The notes under the pieces: generated by a model | Database searches by the model: none | What the model was told of the DNA's origin: nothing | What the model saw: the letters and a program-made list of their open reading frames with translations, nothing else | DNA from: Methanothrix sp. | GTDB lineage: Archaea > Halobacteriota > Methanosarcinia > Methanotrichales > Methanotrichaceae | Assembly (NCBI GenBank): GCA_963682135.1 | Contig: OY821645.1 | Span: 704,001 to 768,000 of the forward strand | Direction of reading: 5' to 3' | Length of the DNA: 64,000 nt | Position numbers and translations under genes: made by a program | Shown: piece by piece, positions 51,600-61,579 of the stretch | Numbering within the stretch: position 1 is the first letter of the stretch | Layout: every line of letters starts with the position of its first letter

Positions 51600-51752
51600 T
51601 CAGACTGCCTTGACGTTCCTGGATTTGCAGGTAGGACACATGGGCCTTCTGCCCATTCCCTTAAATTGATTCTTGCAGTCCTGACATTCATAATCTTTAG
51701 CGGCTAAAGTCTCGATATTTCCTATGTCCGGTCCGCCTCCAACAGTACACAT
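51600..51752 (-). CDS. Small Zn-ribbon protein (50 aa), not in ORF track
   Basis: MCTVGGGPDIGNIETLAAKDYECQDCKNQFKGMGRRPMCPTCKSRNVKAV*; GGAGGTGA RBS. Confidence 0.82.
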   Translation of the reverse strand: MCTVGGGPDIGNIETLAAKDYECQDCKNQFKGMGRRPMCPTCKSRNVKAV

Positions 51753-51795
51753 GGTTGCCTTCACCTCCCGATCTTTCTAATGCACTTTGGCATAT

Positions 51796-52146
51796 GTGAA
51801 CTCCTTTCACGCCCTGAAGGGCGGAGCTTCCCTGCTGCTGTTTCCGCTTCATTGGCCCCGACTTACATCAGATTCGCAATGCAGTGGTTAGGATCTCGTC
51901 GGACAGGTTCGGGGTGTTCCCTCCCTACTATCTGGAATCGTCTGGCGAATCCAAAATCTCCCCTAGGGTGAAGTATCGATCATCCAAGTAGCGCTTGTTG
52001 CCTGCATGGAATCATATCTTAATAAGAAGAGGGACTGTAATTAGATATATAATTGATCCGCTTGGGGCGAACGAAATCAGGGCAAAAGAGCACCACATTC
52101 ATCCGTTGCGACTGCATCGAAACTCTCGCTGACCCGCGGTCAGCGA
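51796..52146 (-). mobile_element. Non-autonomous IS200/IS605 (TnpB) derivative: right end / omegaRNA-like scaffold, no ORF
   Basis: Minus strand ends ...GAAGCTCCGCCCTTCAGGGCGTGAAAGGAGTTCAC; upstream GTAGGGAGGGAACACCCCGAAC; TATA-like box at 52045-52052; 9-bp hairpin at 52126-52146. Confidence 0.62.
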
Positions 52147-52191
52147 AATTTGCCCTTCGCGATCCTGCAAGTAAAAATAGGCGAAAATCGC

Positions 52192-52800
52192 TCAGAAGCT
52201 CAATGCTTGTCCCGGACAAGCCTCCACGCATCTGCCGCATTTAATGCAGTCTGGATTATCCTGGATCTCGATAATTGGAAGCTGCATAGGGCAAACCTTC
52301 TGGCACTTTTTGCAGTCGATGCATTTTTCCTTGTCCACTTTTAGATGGTACTTCTTGCCGCCCATTGCTCTTTGCAGCGTGCCCATGGGGCAAAAGGAGC
52401 ACCAGGTCCGGGGAGCTATGATTACACCAAAAAAAATGGCAATTGATGTGGTCAGAATGCAAAGCGTCACAAAAACCATTCCAATCTTGTCCACCATCCC
52501 ATCGGTCCGTATAATGCGAAAGATCATAAATCCCATAAGAGCAACGAAGATGGGAGCTCGCAGCCACATGCTCCTAAATTGAGGCGGAATCCTTAGCTTT
52601 CGGCTCAGGGGAGCCAGCCAGAAATCGACAAAGCTTCCTCGCGGGCAGAGATTTCCGCAAAACCATCTACCGCGAAAAGGAGCAATGATCATCAGGCTGG
52701 CAAAGACCAGCAAGAGAAAGTAGCCAAGCTTGGGATAAAATATGCCGCCAATGGATACTATCAATACTATGATTCCCAGATATGGAGTAATCTTCAGCAT
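52192..52800 (-). CDS. Membrane 4Fe-4S binding protein (polyferredoxin)
   Basis: GRWFCGNLCPRG, RTWCSFCPMG, CIDCKKCQKVCP, CIKCGRCVEACP. Confidence 0.88.
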   Translation of the reverse strand: MLKITPYLGIIVLIVSIGGIFYPKLGYFLLLVFASLMIIAPFRGRWFCGNLCPRGSFVDFWLAPLSRKLRIPPQFRSMWLRAPIFVALMGFMIFRIIRTDGMVDKIGMVFVTLCILTTSIAIFFGVIIAPRTWCSFCPMGTLQRAMGGKKYHLKVDKEKCIDCKKCQKVCPMQLPIIEIQDNPDCIKCGRCVEACPGQALSF

Positions 52801-52900
52801 ATATTAGGGTTTATAAAGCCGGTAAAGCTATATAAACAATTCCTGACCGGTTAAGCTTTTAGCTATCAGCATCAAAACGATAGAAATAACTGAGTGTCGA

Positions 52901-54238
52901 GTGGTTCCTTTGGCCAAACTTCATAAAAAAACCTGCGGCATGATGAATGGCATGGATGAGTTCTCATCTGGAAAAGAAGAGAGCTATTGCCATTATGACC
53001 TAATTGTCGTCGGAGCCGGGCCTTCCGGGCTTTTTTGCGGCATAAACGCCATGCAAGCGGGCAAAAATATTCTGATTCTGGAAAAGAAGAACTCCCCAGG
53101 TCATAAGCTCCTCATCTCAGGGTCCGGCCAATGCAATATAACTCACGATGGCGATATTCAGGACTTTCTTGATCATTTTGGAGATCCGGGTCAAGGCAGA
53201 TTCCTGCGCCCGGCTCTTCTCGGCTTCACAAATAGCGATCTTATCTCCTTTTTTAAATCAAAAGGACTGGAAATGATCCGAGAAAAGGCAGGCAAGGTCT
53301 TTCCAGAGACCAGGCGGGCCAGGGATGTGCTCAATATCTTGATAGAGCAATGCCAGGAAAAGGGGATAGTCATCAAGTGCAACCAGGCGGTCATGGCCAT
53401 AACCAGAAATGAGGATAGTTTTCTGGTAAGCTGCAAAGAAAGCAGATATCGCAGCAGGCTGCTGGTAATAGCCACCGGTGGATGCTCTTATCCAGCCACC
53501 GGTTCGAGCGGAGACGGCTACAAGTTTGCCGAAATTCTCGGCCACAGCATAAGCGAGATCGGCCCGGCTCTAACCCCGCTTCTTACCAAGAATTATCCTT
53601 TCTCTGATCTGGCAGGGCTCTCGTTCCCGGATATGAAGATCTCGCTTTACCGTCACGCAAAAATCAGAGAGCATCAGGGCGACATTTTATTTACCCATGA
53701 GGGACTATCGGGCCCGGGAATTCTCGATTCATCCAGATATATTCGAGCAGGAGACATCTTGAAGCTCTCTTTTGTGCCTGAAGATAAACGAAAGACACTG
53801 GAAGAATGGCTTGTAAACAAGGCTCGAATGGAGGGAGATAGGATCTTATTGTCTGTGCTGGCGGATCTATCTCACGTTAAGCTTCCTGTTGTGCCACTCT
53901 ATCCCAGACTGATAAAGAGAATTCTGGAAATATCAGGAATACCTTCCGATCTGCAAATGGCTCAATTGACCAGAGAGAATCGCAGCTCCTTGGTAGATAG
54001 TCTTACAGGCTTTTCTCTGGTCGTATCCGATCTCTGCGACTATAACACCGCCATGGTTACCAGGGGAGGAGTGGAAAGGAAAGAGATCGATCCCAGGACC
54101 ATGCAGTCCCGGCTGGTTAAAGGACTGTATCTGGTGGGCGAAGTTTTGGATGTGGACGGGGATACGGGAGGCTATAACCTGCAAGCATCGTTCTCTACGG
54201 GAATGCTGGCCGCCCGGAGCATCAAGAACAATTGGTAG
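52901..54238 (+). CDS. HI0933/BaiN-like FAD-dependent oxidoreductase
   Basis: VVGAGPSG, KLLISGSGQCN, ATGG.SYP.TGS.GDG, GEVLDVDGDTGGYNLQ; start may be a later ATG. Confidence 0.9.
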   Translation: MVPLAKLHKKTCGMMNGMDEFSSGKEESYCHYDLIVVGAGPSGLFCGINAMQAGKNILILEKKNSPGHKLLISGSGQCNITHDGDIQDFLDHFGDPGQGRFLRPALLGFTNSDLISFFKSKGLEMIREKAGKVFPETRRARDVLNILIEQCQEKGIVIKCNQAVMAITRNEDSFLVSCKESRYRSRLLVIATGGCSYPATGSSGDGYKFAEILGHSISEIGPALTPLLTKNYPFSDLAGLSFPDMKISLYRHAKIREHQGDILFTHEGLSGPGILDSSRYIRAGDILKLSFVPEDKRKTLEEWLVNKARMEGDRILLSVLADLSHVKLPVVPLYPRLIKRILEISGIPSDLQMAQLTRENRSSLVDSLTGFSLVVSDLCDYNTAMVTRGGVERKEIDPRTMQSRLVKGLYLVGEVLDVDGDTGGYNLQASFSTGMLAARSIKNNW

Positions 54239-54278
54239 AAATCAGAAGGTTGGTGTTTTGATCCGCCGCAGAAAAGAA

Positions 54279-55139
54279 CTAAATCAGCGGCTCCGGCTGC
54301 TTGCCCTCCGGCGTCAGCGGCAGACTCGCCCGGTACATGGCCAGCGGCCCGGAGAAATGCAGTGCCCGGTTGAGGAGCAGGCGCTTTCCCTCAACAGTCA
54401 AGGCGAAGACGGGGATGGAGATGCCCATCTGCAGGCGCGACGTCTTTCCCACAATCTCCCGCACCGCTTTTGAGGCGCAGGACCAAACCAGATCGCAAGC
54501 TTCCGCCAGGATCTTGGCCTGCGCTTCGCTGATGCCGGTGGTGTGGACCGCCAGCAAGAATGGCCTGACCACTAGCCCGGCCCCCATCTCTCTGAGCGTA
54601 GCGGCATCATGGGCATTATTTCCGGCTAAGGTAATTGCGATCTTTTGAAATCCCGCCGCCACTGCCTTTTGGTAGCCTTGCAGCTGATCGACTGTTGCCT
54701 GCCGGTCGAGCAGAAGACAGCCCCTCTTCACCAGACCTTCCTGGATCTCTGCGATAGGTTCGGTCTCGATCAGTCCGGTCATGTGCGCTCCCACCGCCTG
54801 CAACACATCCGGCCTGGTCGCTACCACAGTTCCCGCGCCCTCGCAGACCACCACGGCACAATCCACCAGGCCCTCGCTCATGGCATCCATAAGGATCTCG
54901 GAGGCACCGAAGCTGACCGGCTTTTCCTGTAGCTCTAAAACCCGGTTGGGGCCGTACATTCCCAGCTCCCTTATGTGGCTTTGCAATACGCGTTCCACGC
55001 TCTCCCGGCTCTCTTCAACAATGCCGTACAGATCCCGGCGCAGGGGGCAATAGCTAACGCCGGGATCGGTCAGAACCTCAATCTTGCCGTCTTTGACCCT
55101 GATACGGGCTTTCGCCATCTCCAGAAGATGCTCGGACAT
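54279..55139 (-). CDS. Methanogenesis marker protein 8 (DUF2099)
   Basis: YCPL, SFGASE, DCAVVVCEGAGTVV, VHTTG, CASKAVRE. Confidence 0.85.
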   Translation of the reverse strand: MSEHLLEMAKARIRVKDGKIEVLTDPGVSYCPLRRDLYGIVEESRESVERVLQSHIRELGMYGPNRVLELQEKPVSFGASEILMDAMSEGLVDCAVVVCEGAGTVVATRPDVLQAVGAHMTGLIETEPIAEIQEGLVKRGCLLLDRQATVDQLQGYQKAVAAGFQKIAITLAGNNAHDAATLREMGAGLVVRPFLLAVHTTGISEAQAKILAEACDLVWSCASKAVREIVGKTSRLQMGISIPVFALTVEGKRLLLNRALHFSGPLAMYRASLPLTPEGKQPEPLI

Positions 55140-55144
55140 TTTAT

Positions 55145-55303
55145 TTACCTGGCAATCCTGGTATTCGTTGATTTGCAGCGCGGGCAGGGCAATTTGTAGC
55201 CAAATCCCCTAAAGAGCATGCTGCAGTCCTGGCACCTGTAATTCTTGGCAAAGACTTCTTCCATGCTGCCCAGATCTACACCACATCCGCAGGTGGCACA
55301 CAT
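55145..55303 (-). CDS. Small Zn-ribbon protein (52 aa)
   Basis: MCATCGCGVDLGSMEEVFAKNYRCQDCSMLFRGFGYKLPCPRCKSTNTRIAR; C-terminal part of the track ORF 55145-55444. Confidence 0.75.
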   Translation of the reverse strand: MCATCGCGVDLGSMEEVFAKNYRCQDCSMLFRGFGYKLPCPRCKSTNTRIAR

Positions 55304-55372
55304 AAATAGAAATAGCATCCTGATCGTAAATATGTTATCCTGATGATGGGTTATGGTAAAGAGGTATAAAAA

Positions 55373-56323
55373 ATGACCCATGAAAATTCGAAAAGCGATT
55401 CCGAGAAGAAATTGACTCCCCTCCAGTTTCATGTGACCCAGCAATGTGGGACAGAGCCGCCTTTCCAGAATGAATTCTGGAATAACAAAAAAGCTGGCAT
55501 CTATGTAGATGTGGTATCCGGTGAACCTCTCTTCAGCTCCCTGGATAAATTCGATTCAGGTACCGGTTGGCCCAGCTTCACCAGGCCTTTGAAAGATGAA
55601 AATGTTGTCGAAAAAGTTGATAGCAGCTACGGCATGACTCGGATGGAAGTGCGCAGCAAGAATGCAAATTCGCATCTGGGTCATGTATTCGATGACGGAC
55701 CCGCTGCTACTGGGCAGCGCTACTGCATCAACTCCGCATCTTTGCGATTCGTTCCTGCCGAGGATCTGGAAAGAGAGGGATATGGTGAATACGCAAAGCT
55801 TTTCAAAATAACCAAAAATGCAGAAAAGGCGGATACAGATCTTCAGACTGCCACCTTTGCCGCCGGATGTTTCTGGGGCGTGGAATCCGTTTTCCAGAAG
55901 GTCAAGGGCGTTGTGGAGACAACCGCTGGCTACACGGGCGGAACAACTCTAGGTCCCACCTACCGCCAGGTTTGCACAGGCATTACCGGCCACGCCGAGG
56001 CGGTGCAGATTTTATTTGATGCGAAGAGAGTATCCTACGAAGAGCTTCTCTCTCTCTTCTGGAGGATGCATGATCCCACCACACCAAATCGCCAGGGTCC
56101 GGATGTGGGAACACAATACCGCTCTGCCATCTTCTACCATAGCGAGGAGCAAAGAAAGGCGGCGGAGAGATCAAAAGAAGAATTCGACCGCTCCGGAGTC
56201 TACATAAACAAAGCGACAACCCGGATTATTCCGGCATCGACCTTCTATGCAGCGGAAGATTATCATCAGGACTATTTTGAAAAGCAGGAAGGCGGATCCT
56301 GTCATATTTTAAGGAAGAAATAA
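55373..56323 (+). CDS. msrAB: Fused methionine sulfoxide reductase MsrB/MsrA
   Basis: [30 protein letters not shown]; [23 protein letters not shown]. Confidence 0.94.
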   Translation: MTHENSKSDSEKKLTPLQFHVTQQCGTEPPFQNEFWNNKKAGIYVDVVSGEPLFSSLDKFDSGTGWPSFTRPLKDENVVEKVDSSYGMTRMEVRSKNANSHLGHVFDDGPAATGQRYCINSASLRFVPAEDLEREGYGEYAKLFKITKNAEKADTDLQTATFAAGCFWGVESVFQKVKGVVETTAGYTGGTTLGPTYRQVCTGITGHAEAVQILFDAKRVSYEELLSLFWRMHDPTTPNRQGPDVGTQYRSAIFYHSEEQRKAAERSKEEFDRSGVYINKATTRIIPASTFYAAEDYHQDYFEKQEGGSCHILRKK

Positions 56324-56445
56324 GGCTGAATTAGAGTGCAGAGCAGCGCCTGGAGCTGGGCACTGGGCGAGCCTTCACTTTATTGCTTCAACTATTTGAA
56401 TCCAATGGAAAAGTATTTGTTATCATTATTCCACAATAGTTTCTG

Positions 56446-57801
56446 ATGTCCCTAAAACCTATCTCAATGGGACCAATAATTGTTCTGGCAATTTTTTTGG
56501 CAGTCTCTGCTGCAGAGGCGTCCCAGACAAATGGTCCTGCATCATCAGCGTCCTATTCTAAAAACCCCTCCATTGTAAAGGATGAAGTCTTCATAGCCAA
56601 GGAGAATGGAACCCAGGTGGAGTGGCGGCACATAGTCTTGAAAGGAAACAACACTCAGATAGGAATGGCCCAGGCTGAGATCGCCCTGAGAGATTATGGC
56701 GTCAAATCTCTGACGCGATATGCCGATCCAGTCTATGGCAAGGCCAGACAGACCTACATGGATAGGAACTATCCCATGATGAGGGAGAGGATGAAAGGCA
56801 TAGCTATGGCTTATGGGCTCTCTTCAGACAATGCCTCATTCGATACCATCACCTTACCCTACGATATGGGGTCTCTGGCCTGCTCCATGATCTACTTCCC
56901 GCCCCAGACGGCAGCAAACGGCCATGCCATAACCTCGAGGAATTTGGAGTGGTTCCTGGTTCCCATGGATTTATACCTGAATAGGACGGAGAACGCGACC
57001 GGAAATAGCACATCCACAAGGAACTTCTTATTAGAGATCTATCCAGATCAGGGATACTCGACTATAGCTATTGGCACCTCTGATCTGAACATAGTCATCG
57101 ATGGCCTTAACTCAGCGGGTTTGGGTATATCTCTGCTGGTGGATGAAGGGATGGAACCGGTCCTGAAGATGCCCCTTTCCGGTGATAGAAGCAGCGGGAT
57201 AATGAGCGCACAGATGAGCCGGCTCGTTCTTGATACATGCAAGAGTGTGGAGGAGGCAAAGATAGCATTCCTGGCCAATAAAGAGTACTTCCCAATGGCG
57301 GGAGTGCATTACATGGTCTATGACAGTCAGGGAAATTCTGCGATTATCGAATGGAACAGGACTGACGGGAATCTGTACTTCACAGACGGCAACCGCAGTA
57401 AGCCCAATATTATGACCAATCACCCCATGTTCATATTCTCCAATTACACTTCGAAGGACATGCAAAGAGAGGGTCTGCTTCCGCTTAACGATGCATACGA
57501 CACATTTAACCGCTACGTGAGGCTCGATAATTTCACCAGCAGCCATGTGGGAAAATTTTCTGAGGAGGATGCAGCCGCGGCGCTCCGTGAGGTCTTCGCA
57601 AACAAGATGGTAATGGTCGAGGGGGCCCCAAAACCACTTCCGATCAATACGATATATAATGTCATCTTAGACTTGAACGAAAGAAGTCTGAATGTGAAGT
57701 TTTACCTCAAGAACGGGCCTTTTGATCCGGATACAGACGAGACTACTTCGGTCTTCACTCCCTACATGACCTTTAAAATGAATGATTCAACTCAGCAATA
57801 G
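56446..57801 (+). CDS. Exported Ntn-hydrolase (C45/C59-like) precursor
   Basis: Signal peptide; internal ACSMIY nucleophile site, SRNLEW, DGLNSAGL, MTNH. Confidence 0.75.
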   Translation: MSLKPISMGPIIVLAIFLAVSAAEASQTNGPASSASYSKNPSIVKDEVFIAKENGTQVEWRHIVLKGNNTQIGMAQAEIALRDYGVKSLTRYADPVYGKARQTYMDRNYPMMRERMKGIAMAYGLSSDNASFDTITLPYDMGSLACSMIYFPPQTAANGHAITSRNLEWFLVPMDLYLNRTENATGNSTSTRNFLLEIYPDQGYSTIAIGTSDLNIVIDGLNSAGLGISLLVDEGMEPVLKMPLSGDRSSGIMSAQMSRLVLDTCKSVEEAKIAFLANKEYFPMAGVHYMVYDSQGNSAIIEWNRTDGNLYFTDGNRSKPNIMTNHPMFIFSNYTSKDMQREGLLPLNDAYDTFNRYVRLDNFTSSHVGKFSEEDAAAALREVFANKMVMVEGAPKPLPINTIYNVILDLNERSLNVKFYLKNGPFDPDTDETTSVFTPYMTFKMNDSTQQ

Positions 57802-57848
57802 TGAGGAGCCGATCCGGATCTGCCAATTTTTTTAGCGCAATTCCCCAA

Positions 57849-58805
57849 TCAAATCTCCTGCTTAAATACCTCCACCAGCGAGTCTTTGGCCTTTTTCATC
57901 ACTTCAGTAGGACAGGTCTTGTAAGCCCGCTGCAGCGGCTCTATCGCCCTAACATCCGCAATTTCTCCCAGGCTCCAGGCCGCCCAGGCCCTTATCTCCT
58001 CGTCCTCCCCTGCGAACATGGTCTGGACCAGGGTATCCAGTGCCTTGTTATGGCCGATCTCGCCGAGGGTTGTAACGGCTGTGTAGCGAACCTGCCATTC
58101 AGGGTCCTGCAAGGCCTGCAAAGCCAGATCACAGGCTTCTTCTCCCTTCATCTTGCCCAGGGATTTTAGTGCCTCGCAGCGGACGGCACTCTCACTATCC
58201 TGCAAAGCCAGGGCCAGCCAGCCCAAGGCCTCATTGCAGTCTACCTTGCAGGCTACCTCTCCCATGAAGGCTGCCACTCGGCGTCTAACCTCCAGGTCTT
58301 CATCCTGCATCAACCTTGCCACATCCTGCAAAGATTCCCTGTGTCCGATCTTGGCAAGACCCGTCACTGCCATGCCCCTGATCTCGGGATCGCTGTAGCT
58401 CAGGAGATCACGCAGAGCTTCTGCTGCCTCAAGCTTTCGCAGCGCTACTGCCGCTCGCAGACGAACATCTTTGGAGCTGTCCCGCTTCATGGCTAGAACC
58501 AATGCTGTGATCGCCTCCTGGCTATTGATTGCTTCCAGGGCGGCAGCGCACCATTCGCGAACCACATGATCGGGATCATTCAGCATGGCCCGGCAGAGCG
58601 GTTCTACTCCGCTGGGGCTTGCGATCTTGCCTAAAATCCAGGCGGATTTGTATCTCAGATCTGAGAACTCGCCGCTCTCCAGAGCAATGGCCGTCTGTTC
58701 CACGGATGACTCCCCCAGATTCACCAGGGCCCATGCCGCCTTTTGGCGTTCGAAGTAGTCATCGCTCTTGCCGAGTAATTCGATCAATTCACGAGCCTTG
58801 TCCAT
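57849..58805 (-). CDS. HEAT-repeat protein
   Basis: Repeated VRxxAAxALGxI units. Confidence 0.88.
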   Translation of the reverse strand: MDKARELIELLGKSDDYFERQKAAWALVNLGESSVEQTAIALESGEFSDLRYKSAWILGKIASPSGVEPLCRAMLNDPDHVVREWCAAALEAINSQEAITALVLAMKRDSSKDVRLRAAVALRKLEAAEALRDLLSYSDPEIRGMAVTGLAKIGHRESLQDVARLMQDEDLEVRRRVAAFMGEVACKVDCNEALGWLALALQDSESAVRCEALKSLGKMKGEEACDLALQALQDPEWQVRYTAVTTLGEIGHNKALDTLVQTMFAGEDEEIRAWAAWSLGEIADVRAIEPLQRAYKTCPTEVMKKAKDSLVEVFKQEI

Positions 58806-58907
58806 GCTGATTGTTCGAACCTGCCGTCATTTAAGCTTTATCAATAAATAAGATTAAATCTACGTGCTGGTTAGTCACCCTGTAGAAAAGATAATCGGGA
58901 ACGAATT

Positions 58908-59822
58908 ATGGGATATCTCTTTGGGCCGGTATTATCTCGTCGCCTGGGCCTGTCCATGGGTGTGGACCTGCTCAAGTATAAGACCTGCAACCTGGATTGC
59001 GTCTACTGTGAGTTGGGCCGTACTGCCTGCTTAACTTCATGCCGGGATCGTTTCGTGCCCAGGCAAAAGGTCATAAGAGAGATCGAACTCAAACGGGCCG
59101 AGCCTTTTGACCATCTCACATTCGCCGGATCGGGAGAGCCGACGTTAAGCCTTGACCTGGGGGAGATCGTGACCCAGGCCAAGAAGATTGTTGACACTCC
59201 GGTGGCAGTGATCACCAATAGCACGCTACTTTCCAGCCCATCCGTTCGAAAAGAGGTTTCGGCTGCGGATGTGGTCCTACCGTCGTTGGATGCTGTCAGC
59301 CAGACGGCTTTTCAGGCTATCAACAGGCCGGCACCGGGCCTGATGGCTGCAGAGATGATCCAGGGCTTAAAGGACTTCAGGAAGGAATTTTCCGGTGAGA
59401 TCTGGCTCGAGGTGATGCTGGTGAAGGGCATTAACGATGAGGAGGCGGAAGTGATCGCCAGGGCGGCAGAGGCTACACAGCCGGACAGAATCCAGCTCAA
59501 CACTGTGGTCAGAACGCCAGCAGAACCAGTTGAAGCCCTGAGCGAAGAGGAGATGAAAAGGATGCTGGAGATATTCCCCGGCGCAGAGTTGATACCGGAC
59601 TGGGACTGGAGCGTACCAGGTCGTATCCGTGACCGGCTGATAGATCTTCTCATAACCCGGCCCAGCACTCTGGAAGAGATAAGCCGACAAATGGAAATCG
59701 AAGGAAGCGATGCCATCAAGTACTGCAAGATCCTGGAGAAGGACGGCCTGATATCCAGAAAGCTGCACTGCGGGAAGCTCTTTTTTCATGCTGCCGATAA
59801 ATTAATAAATAAGATGGAATAA
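58908..59822 (+). CDS. Radical SAM Fe-S oxidoreductase (COG0731-like)
   Basis: FGPVLSRRLGLSMGVD, CNLDCVYC, GSGEPTL, ITNS. Confidence 0.88.
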   Translation: MGYLFGPVLSRRLGLSMGVDLLKYKTCNLDCVYCELGRTACLTSCRDRFVPRQKVIREIELKRAEPFDHLTFAGSGEPTLSLDLGEIVTQAKKIVDTPVAVITNSTLLSSPSVRKEVSAADVVLPSLDAVSQTAFQAINRPAPGLMAAEMIQGLKDFRKEFSGEIWLEVMLVKGINDEEAEVIARAAEATQPDRIQLNTVVRTPAEPVEALSEEEMKRMLEIFPGAELIPDWDWSVPGRIRDRLIDLLITRPSTLEEISRQMEIEGSDAIKYCKILEKDGLISRKLHCGKLFFHAADKLINKME

Positions 59823-59879
59823 TAATTGTAACCATTGTTATACAAATCATATTAAACAATTGCATGCCAACCAAGCGGA

Positions 59880-60740
59880 ATGACTTCCATGACAAAACAA
59901 AGCAACAATTGTGAAACATGCGCCCAGAAGGGCTCCTGTAAGGATCCTGGTGACGGCCAAGAGTGCACCTGCAAAGTCGATCGCATGGCCAGAATCAAGC
60001 ACAAGATCATCATCGCCAGCGGCAAGGGGGGCGTAGGCAAGAGCACTGTTTCCGTCAACCTGGCGCGCGCTCTGCAGATGAAGGGTCTACGGGTCGGTAT
60101 ACTGGACGGCGATATCACCGGTCCGGATATTCCCAAGCTTCTGGGAATCGAGGATGAAAGGCTGAAGCAGGGAGCAGAGGGAATTGAACCAGCCGGGGCC
60201 GAGGGCATCAAGGCCGCCTCCATGGCTCTGATTCTCACCAATCGCGATACGCCGGTCGTCTGGCGCGGGCCCATGAAGATGGCCGCCATCAAGCAGTTCA
60301 TCCAGGATGTTAACTGGGGCGATCTTGATTTCTTGCTGGTAGACATGCCGCCGGGCACCAGCGATGAGCCGCTCTCCGTGGTGCAGCTTATCCCTGAGCT
60401 GGCCGGGGCGATAATAGTAACCACTCCCCAGGATGTCGCGCTCCTTGACAGCCGAAAAGCGGTGAACATGGTCAAGGCCATGAAGATTCCAGTGCTCGGC
60501 ATAGTGGAGAACATGTCAGGCCTGGTCTGCCCGCATTGCGGCGAGAGCATAAGCATCTTTGGCTCCGGCGGGGGCGAGAAGATGGCTGAGGAGATGGATG
60601 TGCCCTTCCTGGGAGCAATTCCCATGGACCCAAAGGTCTGCGCTTTGGGCGATCGCGGACAGACTTTTGTGCAGAGCGGTACGCTGGCAGGCGGCAGCTT
60701 CAACAAGATCGTGGAGAGGCTGCTGGAGATGTTCAATTAG
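59880..60740 (+). CDS. Mrp/NBP35 Fe-S cluster carrier ATPase
   Basis: SGKGGVGKST, VVWRGPMK, DMPPGTSD, VENMS..CPHC. Confidence 0.93.
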   Translation: MTSMTKQSNNCETCAQKGSCKDPGDGQECTCKVDRMARIKHKIIIASGKGGVGKSTVSVNLARALQMKGLRVGILDGDITGPDIPKLLGIEDERLKQGAEGIEPAGAEGIKAASMALILTNRDTPVVWRGPMKMAAIKQFIQDVNWGDLDFLLVDMPPGTSDEPLSVVQLIPELAGAIIVTTPQDVALLDSRKAVNMVKAMKIPVLGIVENMSGLVCPHCGESISIFGSGGGEKMAEEMDVPFLGAIPMDPKVCALGDRGQTFVQSGTLAGGSFNKIVERLLEMFN

Positions 60741-60777
60741 CTGCCTTTTAATATCTGAGGCGCATTAAGAGAGGGCG

Positions 60778-61566
60778 ATGCATCGCATACTGGTCAGCAA
60801 CGACGACGGCGTTTATGCCTCCGGCTTGCAGGCTGCCGCTAAAGCCGTGCAGGGTTTGGGTCAGGTAATAGTAGCCGCTCCTTCCGGGCAGAAGAGCGGC
60901 GTAGGAAGATCGGTTTCCGTCTTTGAGCCGCTGCGTTACGCCCAGGTGAATTTTAATGGCTTTCAGGCCTATGCCGTCACCGGGACTCCCGTGGATTCCG
61001 TCATCATCGGCATCTTCGCTATCATGAAAGGCGAACTGCCCGACCTCGTCGTATCAGGAATTAATGTGGGCGAGAACATCAGCACTGATACCGTCACCAC
61101 CAGCGGGACCATCGGCGCAGCTCTTGAGGCTGCCAGTTACGGTATCCCCTCCATTGCCGCATCCATTCAGGTCGTAGACCAGGGCGATAAATTCGATATG
61201 CACCATGGAGCGAAGCACAACTTTGAGGTAGCGACCATTGTGCTTCGCCGCGTGGCAGGCAAGGTGCTGGAGCACGGCCTTCCCCAAGGCGTTGATGTCC
61301 TGAATCTGAATGTTCCGGCTGATGCTACAGAGGATACGGAGATAGTTGTCACCCGTCTGGCTCGCAAGATATTCAAGACTACTGTGCAAGAGCGCTTTGA
61401 TCCGAGGGGCAGGCCCTACTACTGGATTGATGGCGATCTGATCCGATCGGATGCAGAGGGCACGGATGTGCAGACGATCTATCAGGACCAGAAGATCTCT
61501 CTGACGCCGCTCACGCTGGACTCGACTGCCAGGATTGATTTCGAGCAGATCGAGTGCATGTTTTAA
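60778..61566 (+). CDS. surE: 5'/3'-nucleotidase SurE
   Basis: ILVSNDDG, GTPVD, SGINVGEN, SGTIGAALEA. Confidence 0.94.
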   Translation: MHRILVSNDDGVYASGLQAAAKAVQGLGQVIVAAPSGQKSGVGRSVSVFEPLRYAQVNFNGFQAYAVTGTPVDSVIIGIFAIMKGELPDLVVSGINVGENISTDTVTTSGTIGAALEAASYGIPSIAASIQVVDQGDKFDMHHGAKHNFEVATIVLRRVAGKVLEHGLPQGVDVLNLNVPADATEDTEIVVTRLARKIFKTTVQERFDPRGRPYYWIDGDLIRSDAEGTDVQTIYQDQKISLTPLTLDSTARIDFEQIECMF

Positions 61567-61579
61567 TATATAGATTCAT

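Noticed and set aside
59852-60736. 294-aa minus-strand ORF
   Set aside because: Antisense to the well-supported Mrp/NBP35 gene.
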